From: Vulcanimicrobiota bacterium
GTDB lineage: Bacteria > Vulcanimicrobiota > Vulcanimicrobiia > Vulcanimicrobiales > Vulcanimicrobiaceae
Length of the DNA: 64,000 nt
Assembly (NCBI GenBank): GCA_963757945.1
Contig: CAVWTN010000002.1
Coordinates: forward strand, 1,606,974-1,670,973
Direction of reading: 5' to 3'
Shown: one piece after another, positions 25,972 through 35,541 of the stretch
Layout of the letters: the number at the start of each line of letters is the position of its first letter
How positions within the stretch are numbered: the stretch's first letter is position 1
The notes under the pieces: model-generated
The model's database searches: none
Seen by the model: the letters and a program-made list of their open reading frames with translations, nothing else
What the model was told of the DNA's origin: nothing
Position numbers and translations under genes: made by a program

Positions 25972-27222
25972 ATGAGAAGGCCGGTCTCCAATCGGGATCG
26001 CTTCTGTAACGAAGCCCCGGACGCACTCGAGGTGCAAGGAAGGAGACCGACCTTCATGACCAAGCATACCAAAGCCCAAGGAAAAGCCAAGTCCCCGACC
26101 CCGAACTCGCCGACGATGAGAACAGGAGTCTCCTACCAAGCAAGCAAGGCCGACGCTGCCGGGTCTTCCGGGCGCCTGACGATCGGGCTGGATTTAGGCG
26201 ATCGTTCCACGGCGTACTGCATGCTCGACGCTGACGGACAGATCTTGGCCGAGGGAAAGTTCAAGACGGTGCGGGCGGCGATCGATCAACAGTTCGGCCG
26301 CCTTGCGCCGGCACGCATTGCGTTGGAAGCCGGCACGCACTCCGGATGGATCAGCCGTTTGATCGAATCGCACGGTCATGACGTGATCGTCGCCAACCCC
26401 CGCGAGGTGCGCAAGATCTACCAGAACGACCGCAAGAACGACCGCAACGACGCGCGGATTCTGGCACGCTTAGCCCGTGTCGATCCGCAGTTGCTCGCGC
26501 CCATTCACCACCGTGATGCGAAGATGCAGGCCGACCTTGCGACCATCCGAACTCGGGACACGCTTGTGGCGGCGCGGACCAAGTGCGTCAACGCGATGCG
26601 CGGTCTGGTGAAGTCGCTAGGCGGGCGACTGCCCAAGTGCAGCACCGAAAGCTTTTGCAAGCGTGTCGGCGCAGCTATCCCGGCGGATCTGGAAACGGCT
26701 TTGCGCCCCCTGATCGTAACCATCCAGACCCTCAACGAGCAGATCCGCGGCTGTGACAAGCAGATCGAGACGCTCGCGGAGCAAACCTATCCTCAGACGG
26801 CACTGCTGCGCCAGGTCGGCAGCGTCGGGGCGCTTACGTCCACAGCGTTTATCCTCACGATCGCCGACGAAAAACGCTTCACGAAGAGCCGCGAGGTCGG
26901 TCCCTTTTTGGGATTGGTTCCCCGACAAGACGATTCCGGCGAGCGCAGCTCACAACTACGCATCACCAAGACCGGTAACGCCTACCTGCGACGACTCTTG
27001 GTTGGAAGCGCCCAGTACATCTTGGGGCCTTTCGGACCCGACACCGACCTCCGTCGCTACGGTGAACGGCTGATGCAGCGCGGCGGCAAGAACGCCAAGA
27101 AGCGCGCTGTCGTCGCGGTGGCGCGCAAACTTGCCGTGCTCTTGCACCGGCTGTGGGTCACCGGCGAAGCATACGAGCCCCTGCGCAACTCCAAGCATCC
27201 GGAGCCGATGGAAGCGGCGTAA
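25972..27222 (+). mobile_element. IS110-family insertion sequence. The ends are not defined, as IS110 elements lack classical IRs.
   Basis: Contains the IS110 transposase gene. Confidence 0.6.
26056..27222 (+). CDS. IS110-family transposase (DEDD).
   Basis: LTIGLDLGDRSTAYCMLD, N-terminal RuvC-like DEDD start. The C-terminal region reads ...RLLVGSAQYILGPFGPDTDLRRYGERLMQRGGKNAKKRAVVAVARKLAVLLHRLW. An AGGAG SD lies upstream of ATG 26056. Confidence 0.85.
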   Translation: MTKHTKAQGKAKSPTPNSPTMRTGVSYQASKADAAGSSGRLTIGLDLGDRSTAYCMLDADGQILAEGKFKTVRAAIDQQFGRLAPARIALEAGTHSGWISRLIESHGHDVIVANPREVRKIYQNDRKNDRNDARILARLARVDPQLLAPIHHRDAKMQADLATIRTRDTLVAARTKCVNAMRGLVKSLGGRLPKCSTESFCKRVGAAIPADLETALRPLIVTIQTLNEQIRGCDKQIETLAEQTYPQTALLRQVGSVGALTSTAFILTIADEKRFTKSREVGPFLGLVPRQDDSGERSSQLRITKTGNAYLRRLLVGSAQYILGPFGPDTDLRRYGERLMQRGGKNAKKRAVVAVARKLAVLLHRLWVTGEAYEPLRNSKHPEPMEAA

Positions 27223-27684
27223 GGCAAGCCCTTTAACGAAATACGATACCAACGAGGTCGGCTGCAAGCGGAGCAACGACGTTTCAATGACCGCCGCGTT
27301 CGGGTGACTGCGCCCTGAGCACTGGTCCATCGAGGCCGCGTGACAAGATGGCAGCACCCACCTTTCCGAGGAACCTCAACAGGCACAGAGCCCCACAGCG
27401 GCTCGTCAAAAGTGCGGATGGAAGCAGGGCGAAAGGGCGGCACGAGGGCATTGAAGACGCGCTAACCACCCCGTAATCTTGACAACGACCGGCCTTCTCA
27501 TGGAAGCTCAGGTTGACAGTGGCGGCGCGTGTGGTGCGTGGCGCAGCGAACGCGCGTCATAGGCGAAGCGAAAATAGGCCGCTTTGCTCAGTCGTGTGCA
27601 CAAGATTTCCAAGGTGCGGGCCTTCGATTCGAGTGAACTCAAAGGTTGAACGCACTCTGAAGTCATCAAACGATCGGACCTCTG

Positions 27685-28533
27685 ATGCTGAGATTCTTGA
27701 GATACATCGCGTGTATTGCGGCGGTGCTTTTCGCGGTGGCTGCCTTGCCCGCCGGCGCATCCTCGCCTGGAACGAGGATTGACTTTACCTCGCTCGATAC
27801 AAGCCGGCCGTACCACATTTCGGGAACGCTGTACCTGCCGGCGAAAACATCGAGCCCTGTGCCTGCAGTCGTGATGATTCACGGGACGGGCGGAATCGAT
27901 TCGCGCGGAGCGTTCTATCGCGACCCGATCCTCAACGCGGGGATCGCGATCTTTGAAGTCGACTTCAAGACCGGCATCTACCGCGGCACGATCGATCGGC
28001 CGAAGCAAGCAACGCTCCAGCCGATGGCGTTTGCAGCATTGAAAGAGCTGCGAAAGCTCCCAGCCATCGACCCGAACCGAATCGGCATCATGGGGTTTTC
28101 CATGGGGGGGCACGTCACGGTCGAGACCGCCCTGGAAAGCAACCGTAAAATGTGGCTGGGAGACGACAAGGGCTTCATCGCCCACGCCGCCTTTTATCCG
28201 GTGAGCAAAGAGTTCATCGATCGCCTCAATGACAACGGTGCCGCGTTGACCGGGGCGCCGATGATCGTCTTTTATGGAACGGCTGACTGCTATGGTGAGG
28301 GCACGGCAGTTCCCGAACTGAAGCGGGTTCTCGCGCAGAAGTTCAATTTCGATCTGACGACCGTTGAATACCCCGGCGCCACGCACGGGTTCAATCGCAA
28401 CGAGCCTTCGATCAGCTACTTCGACCCAGCCGCCGAGCATCACCGGGGCTACATGGAGTGGAATGCGGATGCATCAAACGATTCCGTGCCCCGCCTCGTC
28501 GCCTTCCTACGTCAGGCGCTAGCCGTCAAGTAG
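27685..28533 (+). CDS. Secreted dienelactone-hydrolase-like alpha/beta hydrolase.
   Basis: Signal peptide MLRFLRYIACIAAVLFAVAALPAGA. Nucleophile elbow GFSMGGH, and ...VEYPGATHGF. Confidence 0.7.
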   Translation: MLRFLRYIACIAAVLFAVAALPAGASSPGTRIDFTSLDTSRPYHISGTLYLPAKTSSPVPAVVMIHGTGGIDSRGAFYRDPILNAGIAIFEVDFKTGIYRGTIDRPKQATLQPMAFAALKELRKLPAIDPNRIGIMGFSMGGHVTVETALESNRKMWLGDDKGFIAHAAFYPVSKEFIDRLNDNGAALTGAPMIVFYGTADCYGEGTAVPELKRVLAQKFNFDLTTVEYPGATHGFNRNEPSISYFDPAAEHHRGYMEWNADASNDSVPRLVAFLRQALAVK

Positions 28534-28572
28534 GTCTCGTCTTCGTCGCGCGACCGAGCGAACGCCGCCGCG

Positions 28573-30555
28573 TCAGGCGCCGGCGGCGTCCGCTCGGCCG
28601 CCGCCGATCTCCGCCGGGCATCCGGCACCGTTCGTCCAGACGACGACGCCCTTCGGCATGTTCCCGGTGGCCGCGCGCAGGATGCCGGCGACCGGCGATT
28701 GCGGGTCGCGGATCGTGATGACCAGCGTGTGGACCGCGCGCGTCAGCGGGATCATCAGCCAGCGGCGCGCGACCGTCGCCGGATCGCCGTGCTGTTCGTC
28801 GGGATGGAAGTTCGGATGGCGCAACCTGTTCGCGTAGAAATCGTCGAGATCGAGCGCAAGTGCGATCCAGCCTTCCAGCCCGCGGCACGAATCGTACTGG
28901 ACGATCCGCCACAGATCCTTATCGGTGGGGGCCGTCCCGCGGGTTCCGGGATCGCTTGCATCCCATGCGCGTCCGCCTGCGGCCGCGACGACGTCGGCGA
29001 AGCGCGCGTGGCGCCGGCCGCCCGCCTCTTGCATGATATTCGAATGCGGCACGCACACCAGGCAATCGACCGGATCGGCGTTGCCCTCCCGCGCGGACGC
29101 GGCGATCGCCCGCACGAGTTCCGGCGAGGCGACGTTGTCGCCGACGGCGATGATGATGCGTCCGCCGGGCAGATCGTCGCGAGGTTCGACATGCCAGCGC
29201 TCGAAGCCGGCCGCATCGGCGACGGCGTTCGCGAACAGCGCGACGTTGCGCTGCATGCGTAGTGAGTCCCCGAGCATCCGATTCACGCGCTCTTTGCTCG
29301 GGATCCCCGTCAGCCAATCGCACGGCGTTTGGCGCCGGACGAGCTGGTCGATCCCATCGGCGATCGTGATCCGGCAATGCCCGAAGAGGCGGAGCAAAAA
29401 GTCGCGCTCCGCGTCGGTCCAATCTTGCGCCTCGTCGATGAAGACGTGATCCCAGTCGAAGCGCGGCGGATCGCTCGCGCGCAGCAGGCTCGCCCATTCG
29501 CCGTCCGGGCCGCCGGCGAGCTTCGCGGTCGCCTCGCGCAGCGTGTCGTCGAGCTTCGCGAAGGCGATCGCGCCCTCGGGCGTCAACGGGATCTCGAACT
29601 CGAGCCCTCGGAGCGCGGCTAATAGGAACTCGGTCATCGTCTCGACGTGCAGGCGCGTTCCGAGGAGTGCCGGCTGATCGAGTGTGGTCCGCAGCAGATG
29701 CTCGATGTCGCCGCGCAGCGCGCGGTGGAACGTGAGCACGAGAACGCGCTCGCCGCGCATCGTCGCGAGTTCGCCGGCGAGGAGCGCGAGCACCGTCGTC
29801 TTGCCGCTCCCGCCGCGCCCCGCGAGCCGGATGAGTTTGCTGCCCGCCGATGCGGCGAGGTCTTTCACGAACTTTTGGCCGGCCTCATCCCGCGCGAAGC
29901 GTTCGCTACGGGCCTTGTCGCGCGAGCTGATCGCGCGGCGATTGAGCAGCAGCGCGCGAACGGCACGCACCCCTTCGCGCGTGCGCTCGTTGCCGGCTTC
30001 GGAGAGCACGTCGTGCTGCTGCGCGGCCGCGTCGAGCAGCTCGAACCAGCCCGCTTCGTGGCCGAGGACGCTGGAGCCGATCCCTTCGAGCGCGACTTCG
30101 TCGACTTCGGTCAGCCAGCCCAGGGCATGCACGAAGAGGCCGCCGCAGCCGTACCGCGCCGCGAACGTCTTGAGCGATTTCGCCGCATCGTCCGCTTGCG
30201 ATGCGACGCTCCGCCCTTCGAGGTGCGTCCCGTACCTCGCGAAGATCTGGTTTCCGATTCGTTCGAAACGCAGGCTGTCGAGCTGCTTGATCTCGATAGC
30301 GAGCAGGGCGCACTGGACGTGTCCGGGCGGCGACATCGTGCCGTCGCGACGCTTCACCGGCGGGATGCGGCGCGGGCTCGCAAGGTCGATCGCCACGACG
30401 ACGTCGATGTCGGCGGGCGTGCGGACCCCGACGAGGATGTCGATACGGTCCGTCTTGCTCGCCGCGACGTCGGGCCAGAGTTGCCGGATCTGCGCGACGA
30501 GCCGCTCGGCGACGGGCGTTTCGTTCTGCGGGGAGATGATGGTTAGGTCGATCAT
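28573..30555 (-). CDS. NERD-like nuclease domain fused to an SF1 (UvrD/AAA_11-12-like) helicase.
   Basis: N-terminus: IDILVGVRTPADIDVVVAIDL...VQCALLAIEIKQL (NERD/PD-(D/E)XK-like E-x-K). Walker A: IRLAGRGGSGKTTVLALL. Walker B/DEAQ: HVFIDEAQDWTDAE. C-terminal helicase motifs: ...VHTLVITIRD. Confidence 0.75.
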   Translation of the reverse strand: MIDLTIISPQNETPVAERLVAQIRQLWPDVAASKTDRIDILVGVRTPADIDVVVAIDLASPRRIPPVKRRDGTMSPPGHVQCALLAIEIKQLDSLRFERIGNQIFARYGTHLEGRSVASQADDAAKSLKTFAARYGCGGLFVHALGWLTEVDEVALEGIGSSVLGHEAGWFELLDAAAQQHDVLSEAGNERTREGVRAVRALLLNRRAISSRDKARSERFARDEAGQKFVKDLAASAGSKLIRLAGRGGSGKTTVLALLAGELATMRGERVLVLTFHRALRGDIEHLLRTTLDQPALLGTRLHVETMTEFLLAALRGLEFEIPLTPEGAIAFAKLDDTLREATAKLAGGPDGEWASLLRASDPPRFDWDHVFIDEAQDWTDAERDFLLRLFGHCRITIADGIDQLVRRQTPCDWLTGIPSKERVNRMLGDSLRMQRNVALFANAVADAAGFERWHVEPRDDLPGGRIIIAVGDNVASPELVRAIAASAREGNADPVDCLVCVPHSNIMQEAGGRRHARFADVVAAAGGRAWDASDPGTRGTAPTDKDLWRIVQYDSCRGLEGWIALALDLDDFYANRLRHPNFHPDEQHGDPATVARRWLMIPLTRAVHTLVITIRDPQSPVAGILRAATGNMPKGVVVWTNGAGCPAEIGGGRADAAGA

Positions 30556-30684
30556 GGCGGAGAGGCTCTTTTTCCAGGTGCTTTCTTGCGGGGGCGTCCA
30601 CCTTTGCGACCGTTCCCGCGTCGCGCGGGGCCGCGTCCTTCGAGAAGCTCAGGATGACGACAAGCTCAGGATGACGAGGGTGAC

Positions 30685-31479
30685 TTGACTTATCTGCCTA
30701 TAGCATATATGCTTGGTGTAGATAAGGAGGCCCGCAACGTGTCCAGAGCCGCTGATGAGCGAAGGTTCCTCGCCGCATACGATCCGTCCGCGTTCGAGCG
30801 CCCCTCGGTCACCGTCGACGTCGTGTTGCTCTCGATCGTCGATGACCGGCTGGCGACGCTGCTGGTGCAGCGCACCGAGCATCCTGATAAGGGCCTGTGG
30901 GCGCTCCCGGGCGGCTTCGTCCGCATGAAAGAGTCGCTCGATGCCGCGGCGGAGCGCGTGCTGCGCGAGAAGGCCGGGGTCCGGAATATCTTCCTCGAGC
31001 AGCTCTACACGTTCGGCAACCCCAAGCGCGATCCGCGCACGCGCGTCATCAGCGTCGCCTACTACGCCCTCGTCGACGAACGCCGGCTCGCCGCGCGCAG
31101 CGTGCGCGAGAGCCGCATCGCGCGGATCGTCGTGCCCTGGGAAGGCGAAACGGGCGGCCCGGTTGCGCTCGAGTCCGTCGACGGCGCCGCGCTTCCGATC
31201 GCGTTCGATCATGCCGAGATCGCAGGCACGGCCGTCAAGCGCATTCGCGGCAAGCTCGATTACGCGCCGATCGGTTACGAACTGCTGCCGGCGGCCTTCA
31301 CGCTCCTCGATTTGCAGCGCGTGCACGAAACCGTGATCGGCCGCAAGCTCAATAAGGATTCGTTCCGCCGCCGCATGCTCGCGAGCGGCCCGCTCGAGCC
31401 GACCGGCGCCTCCCAAGAGGACGTCGGGCACCGGCCCGCCGCGCTGTATCGCTTTCTCCGAAATCCGGCCAACCCATAA
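30685..31479 (+). CDS. Nudix hydrolase with a C-terminal winged-helix domain (NrtR-like ADP-ribose-responsive regulator architecture).
   Basis: Nudix box GGFVRMKESLDAAAERVLREKAGV. The C-terminal about 90 aa (KLDYAPIGYELLPAAFTLLDLQRVHETVIGRKLNKDSFRRRM) resemble the NrtR wHTH. Confidence 0.7.
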   Translation: MTYLPIAYMLGVDKEARNVSRAADERRFLAAYDPSAFERPSVTVDVVLLSIVDDRLATLLVQRTEHPDKGLWALPGGFVRMKESLDAAAERVLREKAGVRNIFLEQLYTFGNPKRDPRTRVISVAYYALVDERRLAARSVRESRIARIVVPWEGETGGPVALESVDGAALPIAFDHAEIAGTAVKRIRGKLDYAPIGYELLPAAFTLLDLQRVHETVIGRKLNKDSFRRRMLASGPLEPTGASQEDVGHRPAALYRFLRNPANP

Positions 31480-31489
31480 GGAGGGACCC

Positions 31490-32512
31490 ATGGCAGAGAT
31501 TCGTCGTTATCCCATCGTGAGCCACGCGCGCGTCGACGCGAGCGCACACGTGCTCCACTATCGCAACGCGCGCCTGATGCGCAGCGGGCGAGGCCTCTCG
31601 CTGTGGTTCCTCCCGCTTTCCGACAGCATCGCGGAGATCCCCGTGGACGATCGCGAGCTCACGCTCGTCATTCACGCGAAGTCCGCCGATTTCCAGGAGG
31701 TGACGGCGCAAGGCGTGCTCACGTATCGCGCGGCAGATCCCGAGCGTACCGCCGAGCGCATCGACTTCTCGCTCGATCTTGCGAGCGGCACGCACGCGAA
31801 GCAGCCGCTCGAGCGCATCGAGCTGATGCTCTCGCAGCTCGCCCAGGAATTCGCGAGCGACTACGTCGCGCGCACCGCGATCCGCGACGTCCTCAAGGAG
31901 GGCCTCGTTCGGCTGCGAGAACGCGTCGAGGCCGGGCTTGCCGCCGACGAGCATCTGCGCGAGATGGGGCTCACGGTTTCTTCCGTGCGCATCGCCGCCG
32001 TGCGGCCGTCGGCCGACCTCGAGAAGGCGATCGAAGCGCCGACTCGCGAGAGCATCAAGCAACAGGCCGATGAAGCCGGCTTCGCACGGCGCGCCTCCGC
32101 CGTCGACAAGGAGCGCGCGATCGCGGAGAACGAGCTGAGCAATCGCATCGAACTCGCGAAACGTCAAGAGATGCTCCTCGAGCAAGAGGGGCAGAACGCG
32201 CGGCGCAAGGCGCTCGACGAGGCGGAAGCCGAGCGAATCGCGGCGGACGCCGCAGCCGCCCGGTTACGGACCGATGCGGAGGCGCAAGCCGCGCGGGAGC
32301 GCGCGGTCGGCGCGGCGCGCAATGAGACCGAGCGCGCTCGCCTGGATGCCTACCGCGGCGTCGCCCCCAGCGTGCTGCTCGGTCTTGCGGCCCAAGAGTT
32401 CGCCGGAAAGATCGAGACGATCGAGCACCTGAACCTCACGCCCGACTTGCTCTCGCCGATGCTCGCCACGCTCGTCGGAGCGGCGACGACGCGTCTCGAA
32501 GGCGGAGAGTAG
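31490..32512 (+). CDS. SPFH/band-7 (flotillin/stomatin-like) domain protein with a long C-terminal coiled coil.
   Basis: SPFH core LSLWFLPLSDSIAEIPVDDRELTLVIHAKSADFQEVTAQGVLTYR..., then an E/A/R-rich coiled coil. Confidence 0.7.
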   Translation: MAEIRRYPIVSHARVDASAHVLHYRNARLMRSGRGLSLWFLPLSDSIAEIPVDDRELTLVIHAKSADFQEVTAQGVLTYRAADPERTAERIDFSLDLASGTHAKQPLERIELMLSQLAQEFASDYVARTAIRDVLKEGLVRLRERVEAGLAADEHLREMGLTVSSVRIAAVRPSADLEKAIEAPTRESIKQQADEAGFARRASAVDKERAIAENELSNRIELAKRQEMLLEQEGQNARRKALDEAEAERIAADAAAARLRTDAEAQAARERAVGAARNETERARLDAYRGVAPSVLLGLAAQEFAGKIETIEHLNLTPDLLSPMLATLVGAATTRLEGGE

Positions 32513-32518
32513 ACGCCG

Positions 32519-33454
32519 ATGCCCGCGCTCATCCCGCGCGTGGTCCTGGTCACGCGTCCGTCGGAGTACGAGTCGCTGCTGGCGCGTTACGGGACGCGCG
32601 CGCAGGCTCGCTTCACGCTCGAATCGATCGGGCAGCGCATGGCGCCGATCGAGGAGCGGCACGAGAAACTCCGCGCCGCGATCGATGAGGTCTCGCGAGC
32701 GGTGCCGCGCGAATGGCGCAGGGTGCGCCTGGACCGAGCCGAGCTCGATCGCTTCATCTTCGAGCCTGATGATATCGTCGTGCCGGTCGGCCAAGACGGG
32801 CTCGTCGCCAACGTCGCCAAGTATCTGCGCGATCAGCGCGTCGTCGGCATCAATCCCGATCCGGGCTCGTATGAGGGCGTGCTCGTGCGTAACGCGCCCG
32901 CGCATGCGGGCGCGGTGATCGCCGCGGCGTTCGCCGGCAGCGGCGTCACCGAACAGCGGACGATGGCCGAGGCGACGCTCGACGACGGGCAACGCGTCCT
33001 CGCGCTCAACGAAATCTTCGTCGGCCACCGCAGCCATCAATCCGCGCGCTATCGCCTGCGCATCGGCGAGCGCGAGGAGCGTCAATCCTCCTCCGGCCTC
33101 ATCGTCGCGACGGGGACCGGCGGCACCGGCTGGGCACGCTCGATCAAGGCGGAGCGGCACTCCGAGCTCGAGCTGCCCGCGCCCTGCGATCCGGCGCTCG
33201 CGGTCTTCGTGCGCGAAGCGTTTCCAGGGAGCAGCTTCGCGACGTCGCTGACGGAGGCGATCGTCAGCGATGCGGGAGTCGTGGAGGTCGTCTCCGAGAT
33301 GAGCGATGACGGCGTGGTCTTCGGCGACGGCATCGAGGAAGATCGCATCGTCTTCAGCTGGGGCTCTCGGCTGCGCGTTCGCGTCGCCTCCCGGCAGCTG
33401 CGCCTGGTCGTCGGCCAAGTGCCCGCCAACGTTCCGATGGTTGCGAGCCGATAG
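32519..33454 (+). CDS. NAD kinase-like (ATP-NAD/diacylglycerol kinase fold) protein.
   Basis: DIVVPVGQDGLVANV (GGDG-like), ALNEIFVG (NE/D motif) and SGLIVATGTGGTGWARS (conserved C-terminal glycine loop). Confidence 0.6.
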   Translation: MPALIPRVVLVTRPSEYESLLARYGTRAQARFTLESIGQRMAPIEERHEKLRAAIDEVSRAVPREWRRVRLDRAELDRFIFEPDDIVVPVGQDGLVANVAKYLRDQRVVGINPDPGSYEGVLVRNAPAHAGAVIAAAFAGSGVTEQRTMAEATLDDGQRVLALNEIFVGHRSHQSARYRLRIGEREERQSSSGLIVATGTGGTGWARSIKAERHSELELPAPCDPALAVFVREAFPGSSFATSLTEAIVSDAGVVEVVSEMSDDGVVFGDGIEEDRIVFSWGSRLRVRVASRQLRLVVGQVPANVPMVASR

Positions 33455-33467
33455 AACGGAAAGATTG

Positions 33468-34025
33468 ATGATTCCCGCCGGATACATGCGCAAGAAGGTG
33501 AGCGCGCGACCGGAAGCCCTGAAGGCTGCCGGCGTCCTGGACGTCTACTCGATCAGCTCGCACGTCTCGAGCAATTTTGACGACTACGTCGACCTCTGGA
33601 AGCATAACGCGCATTGGCTGTTCGACTCGCCGGAGATCTTGCTGGAGGCGGCTCGGGCCAAAGGCACCGGCATCGGAGAGACGCGGCTCTTCTATTACGA
33701 AATCTACGAGCGCGAGTATCACGAAGAGGACCGGACGTGGCGCGACTACGCGCCGAACTGGTCGCTCGACACGGCCGTCCGCATCCCGGGCGAGAGGAAA
33801 CTCGAGGGATACGACGTCGCCACGTTTTGGGCGCGAGCCGGCGCGGAGTGTTCTCCTCTCTCGTGCAACGCGCTGGCGCTGGAGATTCCCGTGAACGAGC
33901 ATTGCCTCTTGGAGTCACTCGCAACGGCGATCTCGCTCCTCGAGCAAGGCCGATTCGACCGTTCGGAGCCGGGACCGTTTCGGATATTCGCGGTGTACTC
34001 CGTACCCGAGACGCTCCAGGAATAG
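33468..34025 (+). CDS. Hypothetical protein, last gene of the Nudix/SPFH/NADK-like operon.
   Basis: An internal start at MIPAGYMRKK. Protein-like composition. No family recognised. Confidence 0.4.
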   Translation: MIPAGYMRKKVSARPEALKAAGVLDVYSISSHVSSNFDDYVDLWKHNAHWLFDSPEILLEAARAKGTGIGETRLFYYEIYEREYHEEDRTWRDYAPNWSLDTAVRIPGERKLEGYDVATFWARAGAECSPLSCNALALEIPVNEHCLLESLATAISLLEQGRFDRSEPGPFRIFAVYSVPETLQE

Positions 34026-34029
34026 TCTC

Positions 34030-34329
34030 TTACGATGCTTTCGCCCGCGCAAGCTCCTCTCGGACGACCGCGCGGAGGCGCTCCTCAACAGGCATGGCCT
34101 CGCGAATGACGGCAGAGCGCAGCGCCTCGTTGATGGCAGTCTGGTAGCCGCGCCCGTCGCGTTCCGCGGCGTCGCGAAATGCATCGAGTACGTCGGTATC
34201 GATGTAGATTGTAATGCGCGTCTTGCCGGGATTCGAAAGTACCGCGCCGCGCTTGGCGGCGCGGAAGTCAAACGCCGGACTTTTCACATGGCTACCGACC
34301 TTCCTCATACGGTCTCCTTTCGCTAGCAC
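34030..34329 (-). CDS. brnA: BrnA antitoxin (RHH/CopG-like).
   Basis: KTRITIYIDTDVLDAFRDAAERDGRGYQTAINEALRSAV is the BrnA signature. It lies immediately downstream of, and overlapping, brnT. Confidence 0.75.
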   Translation of the reverse strand: MLAKGDRMRKVGSHVKSPAFDFRAAKRGAVLSNPGKTRITIYIDTDVLDAFRDAAERDGRGYQTAINEALRSAVIREAMPVEERLRAVVREELARAKAS

Positions 34330-34570
34330 GAGCCCGGCGTGCCGATACCAGGCGCACGATCTCTGCTATGTCAGGGTACGTGTAGACGACTACTAAGACG
34401 CGGCCTTCAAGCTGGCGCCCGATCGTGACAAAGCGCTGCTCCCCGTGGCGACGATCCTCAATCGTAAGTGCATCGGGGTCATCCAGTACCGTAGCAGCGT
34501 CGGAGAACCGGACGCCGTGCTTGCGAAAGTTCTCGCGCGCCTTTGCAGGGTCCCAAACTACCAGATACAT
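34292..34570 (-). CDS. brnT: BrnT toxin (RelE-fold ribonuclease).
   Basis: MYLVVWDPAKARENFRKHGVRFSDAATVLDDPDALTIEDRRHGEQRFVTIGRQLEGRVLVVVYT...VRLVSARRA. The listed ORF has an N-terminal extension. Confidence 0.75.
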   Translation of the reverse strand: MYLVVWDPAKARENFRKHGVRFSDAATVLDDPDALTIEDRRHGEQRFVTIGRQLEGRVLVVVYTYPDIAEIVRLVSARRARASERRPYEEGR

Positions 34571-34884
34571 ATAGTATGCATATTCTCTGGCCTTTGTCCA
34601 GGCCGGCTCCGCCTCTGAGCCAATCGCGACGCACGACGATCCCGCTATGCGCGGGAAGGCCATCACCGGCGCAGCGGAAGGTGAGAACGAACTCGGCGTC
34701 CTCGATCGCCGCGCGATAGCGTGCGCGGCGAAATGTCAAACGCTTGGCATGGCTCCGAGTGATAATCTGCCGATACAAGCTTGGTGACGGCGGGAACCAA
34801 ACGCAAGGTCACAACCGCATGCCGCTTATTGCGGCGGCGCGGTGATTGTTTCACATCACTTGACACGGAGCGTCTTTCAGTTAC

Positions 34885-35541
34885 ATGACCATGAACAGCA
34901 ACCCGGCATCCAGACGTGCGCATTGCGCGAAGCGGTTTGCGATCAAAGGGGCAAGCCAGATTATCGCCGCGATCCTCATGCTGTCCTCAACGGCGAGCGC
35001 GAAGGACACGGCAAACCCTCAGCCGTCGCCGCTACTGCCGCCGGCCTCAAGTGCGGCTTCGGATACTCCCGGCGCAACGATCGTGTTCGTGCCCCGGGGG
35101 AAGGAAATAGTCGTGCGCACGGTTGCAGGCTACAACAGCTACTCTGCTAAGACCGGCGCAAAGATCAGATTTGAAGTCGTTAATGACGTCATCGTCAACG
35201 GCTTTGCGATCGCAAAGGCTGGAGATGCGGCCGAAGGTACCGTTCAAGAGGCGCAGCAGGGTGACGAGGGCGGCTATTACGGCATCGGCTGGAAGGCGGC
35301 TAATCTCCGAGTTTCGGTCGACGAGATCTACAATTTCTGCGGCGACACGATCCATGTGACCTTCGACCGAAGCGAGTATCGCCGCCGCCAAGGCCTCTTT
35401 GGCAGCAACAAAGACGTGCAGATCATCAAAGGCCAGATGTATGTTCCGCTGACGGATCGGGCGCAAAAGGTCTGCGCTGAACCCTCGACAGACCTGGAGG
35501 AACCCATCCCCGTGCAAGCCCTGCGCACCGCAGACCACTAG
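34885..35541 (+). CDS. Secreted hypothetical protein.
   Basis: Signal-like ASQIIAAILMLSSTASA with beta-rich composition. The overlapping minus ORF 35047..35697 has an artefact-like composition. Confidence 0.4.
   Translation: MTMNSNPASRRAHCAKRFAIKGASQIIAAILMLSSTASAKDTANPQPSPLLPPASSAASDTPGATIVFVPRGKEIVVRTVAGYNSYSAKTGAKIRFEVVNDVIVNGFAIAKAGDAAEGTVQEAQQGDEGGYYGIGWKAANLRVSVDEIYNFCGDTIHVTFDRSEYRRRQGLFGSNKDVQIIKGQMYVPLTDRAQKVCAEPSTDLEEPIPVQALRTADH

Noticed and set aside
25223-26139. Minus-strand ORFs of 267 and 260 aa opposite the OGFr-like gene.
   Set aside because: They are antisense to a gene with a recognisable conserved motif and overlap each other in different frames.
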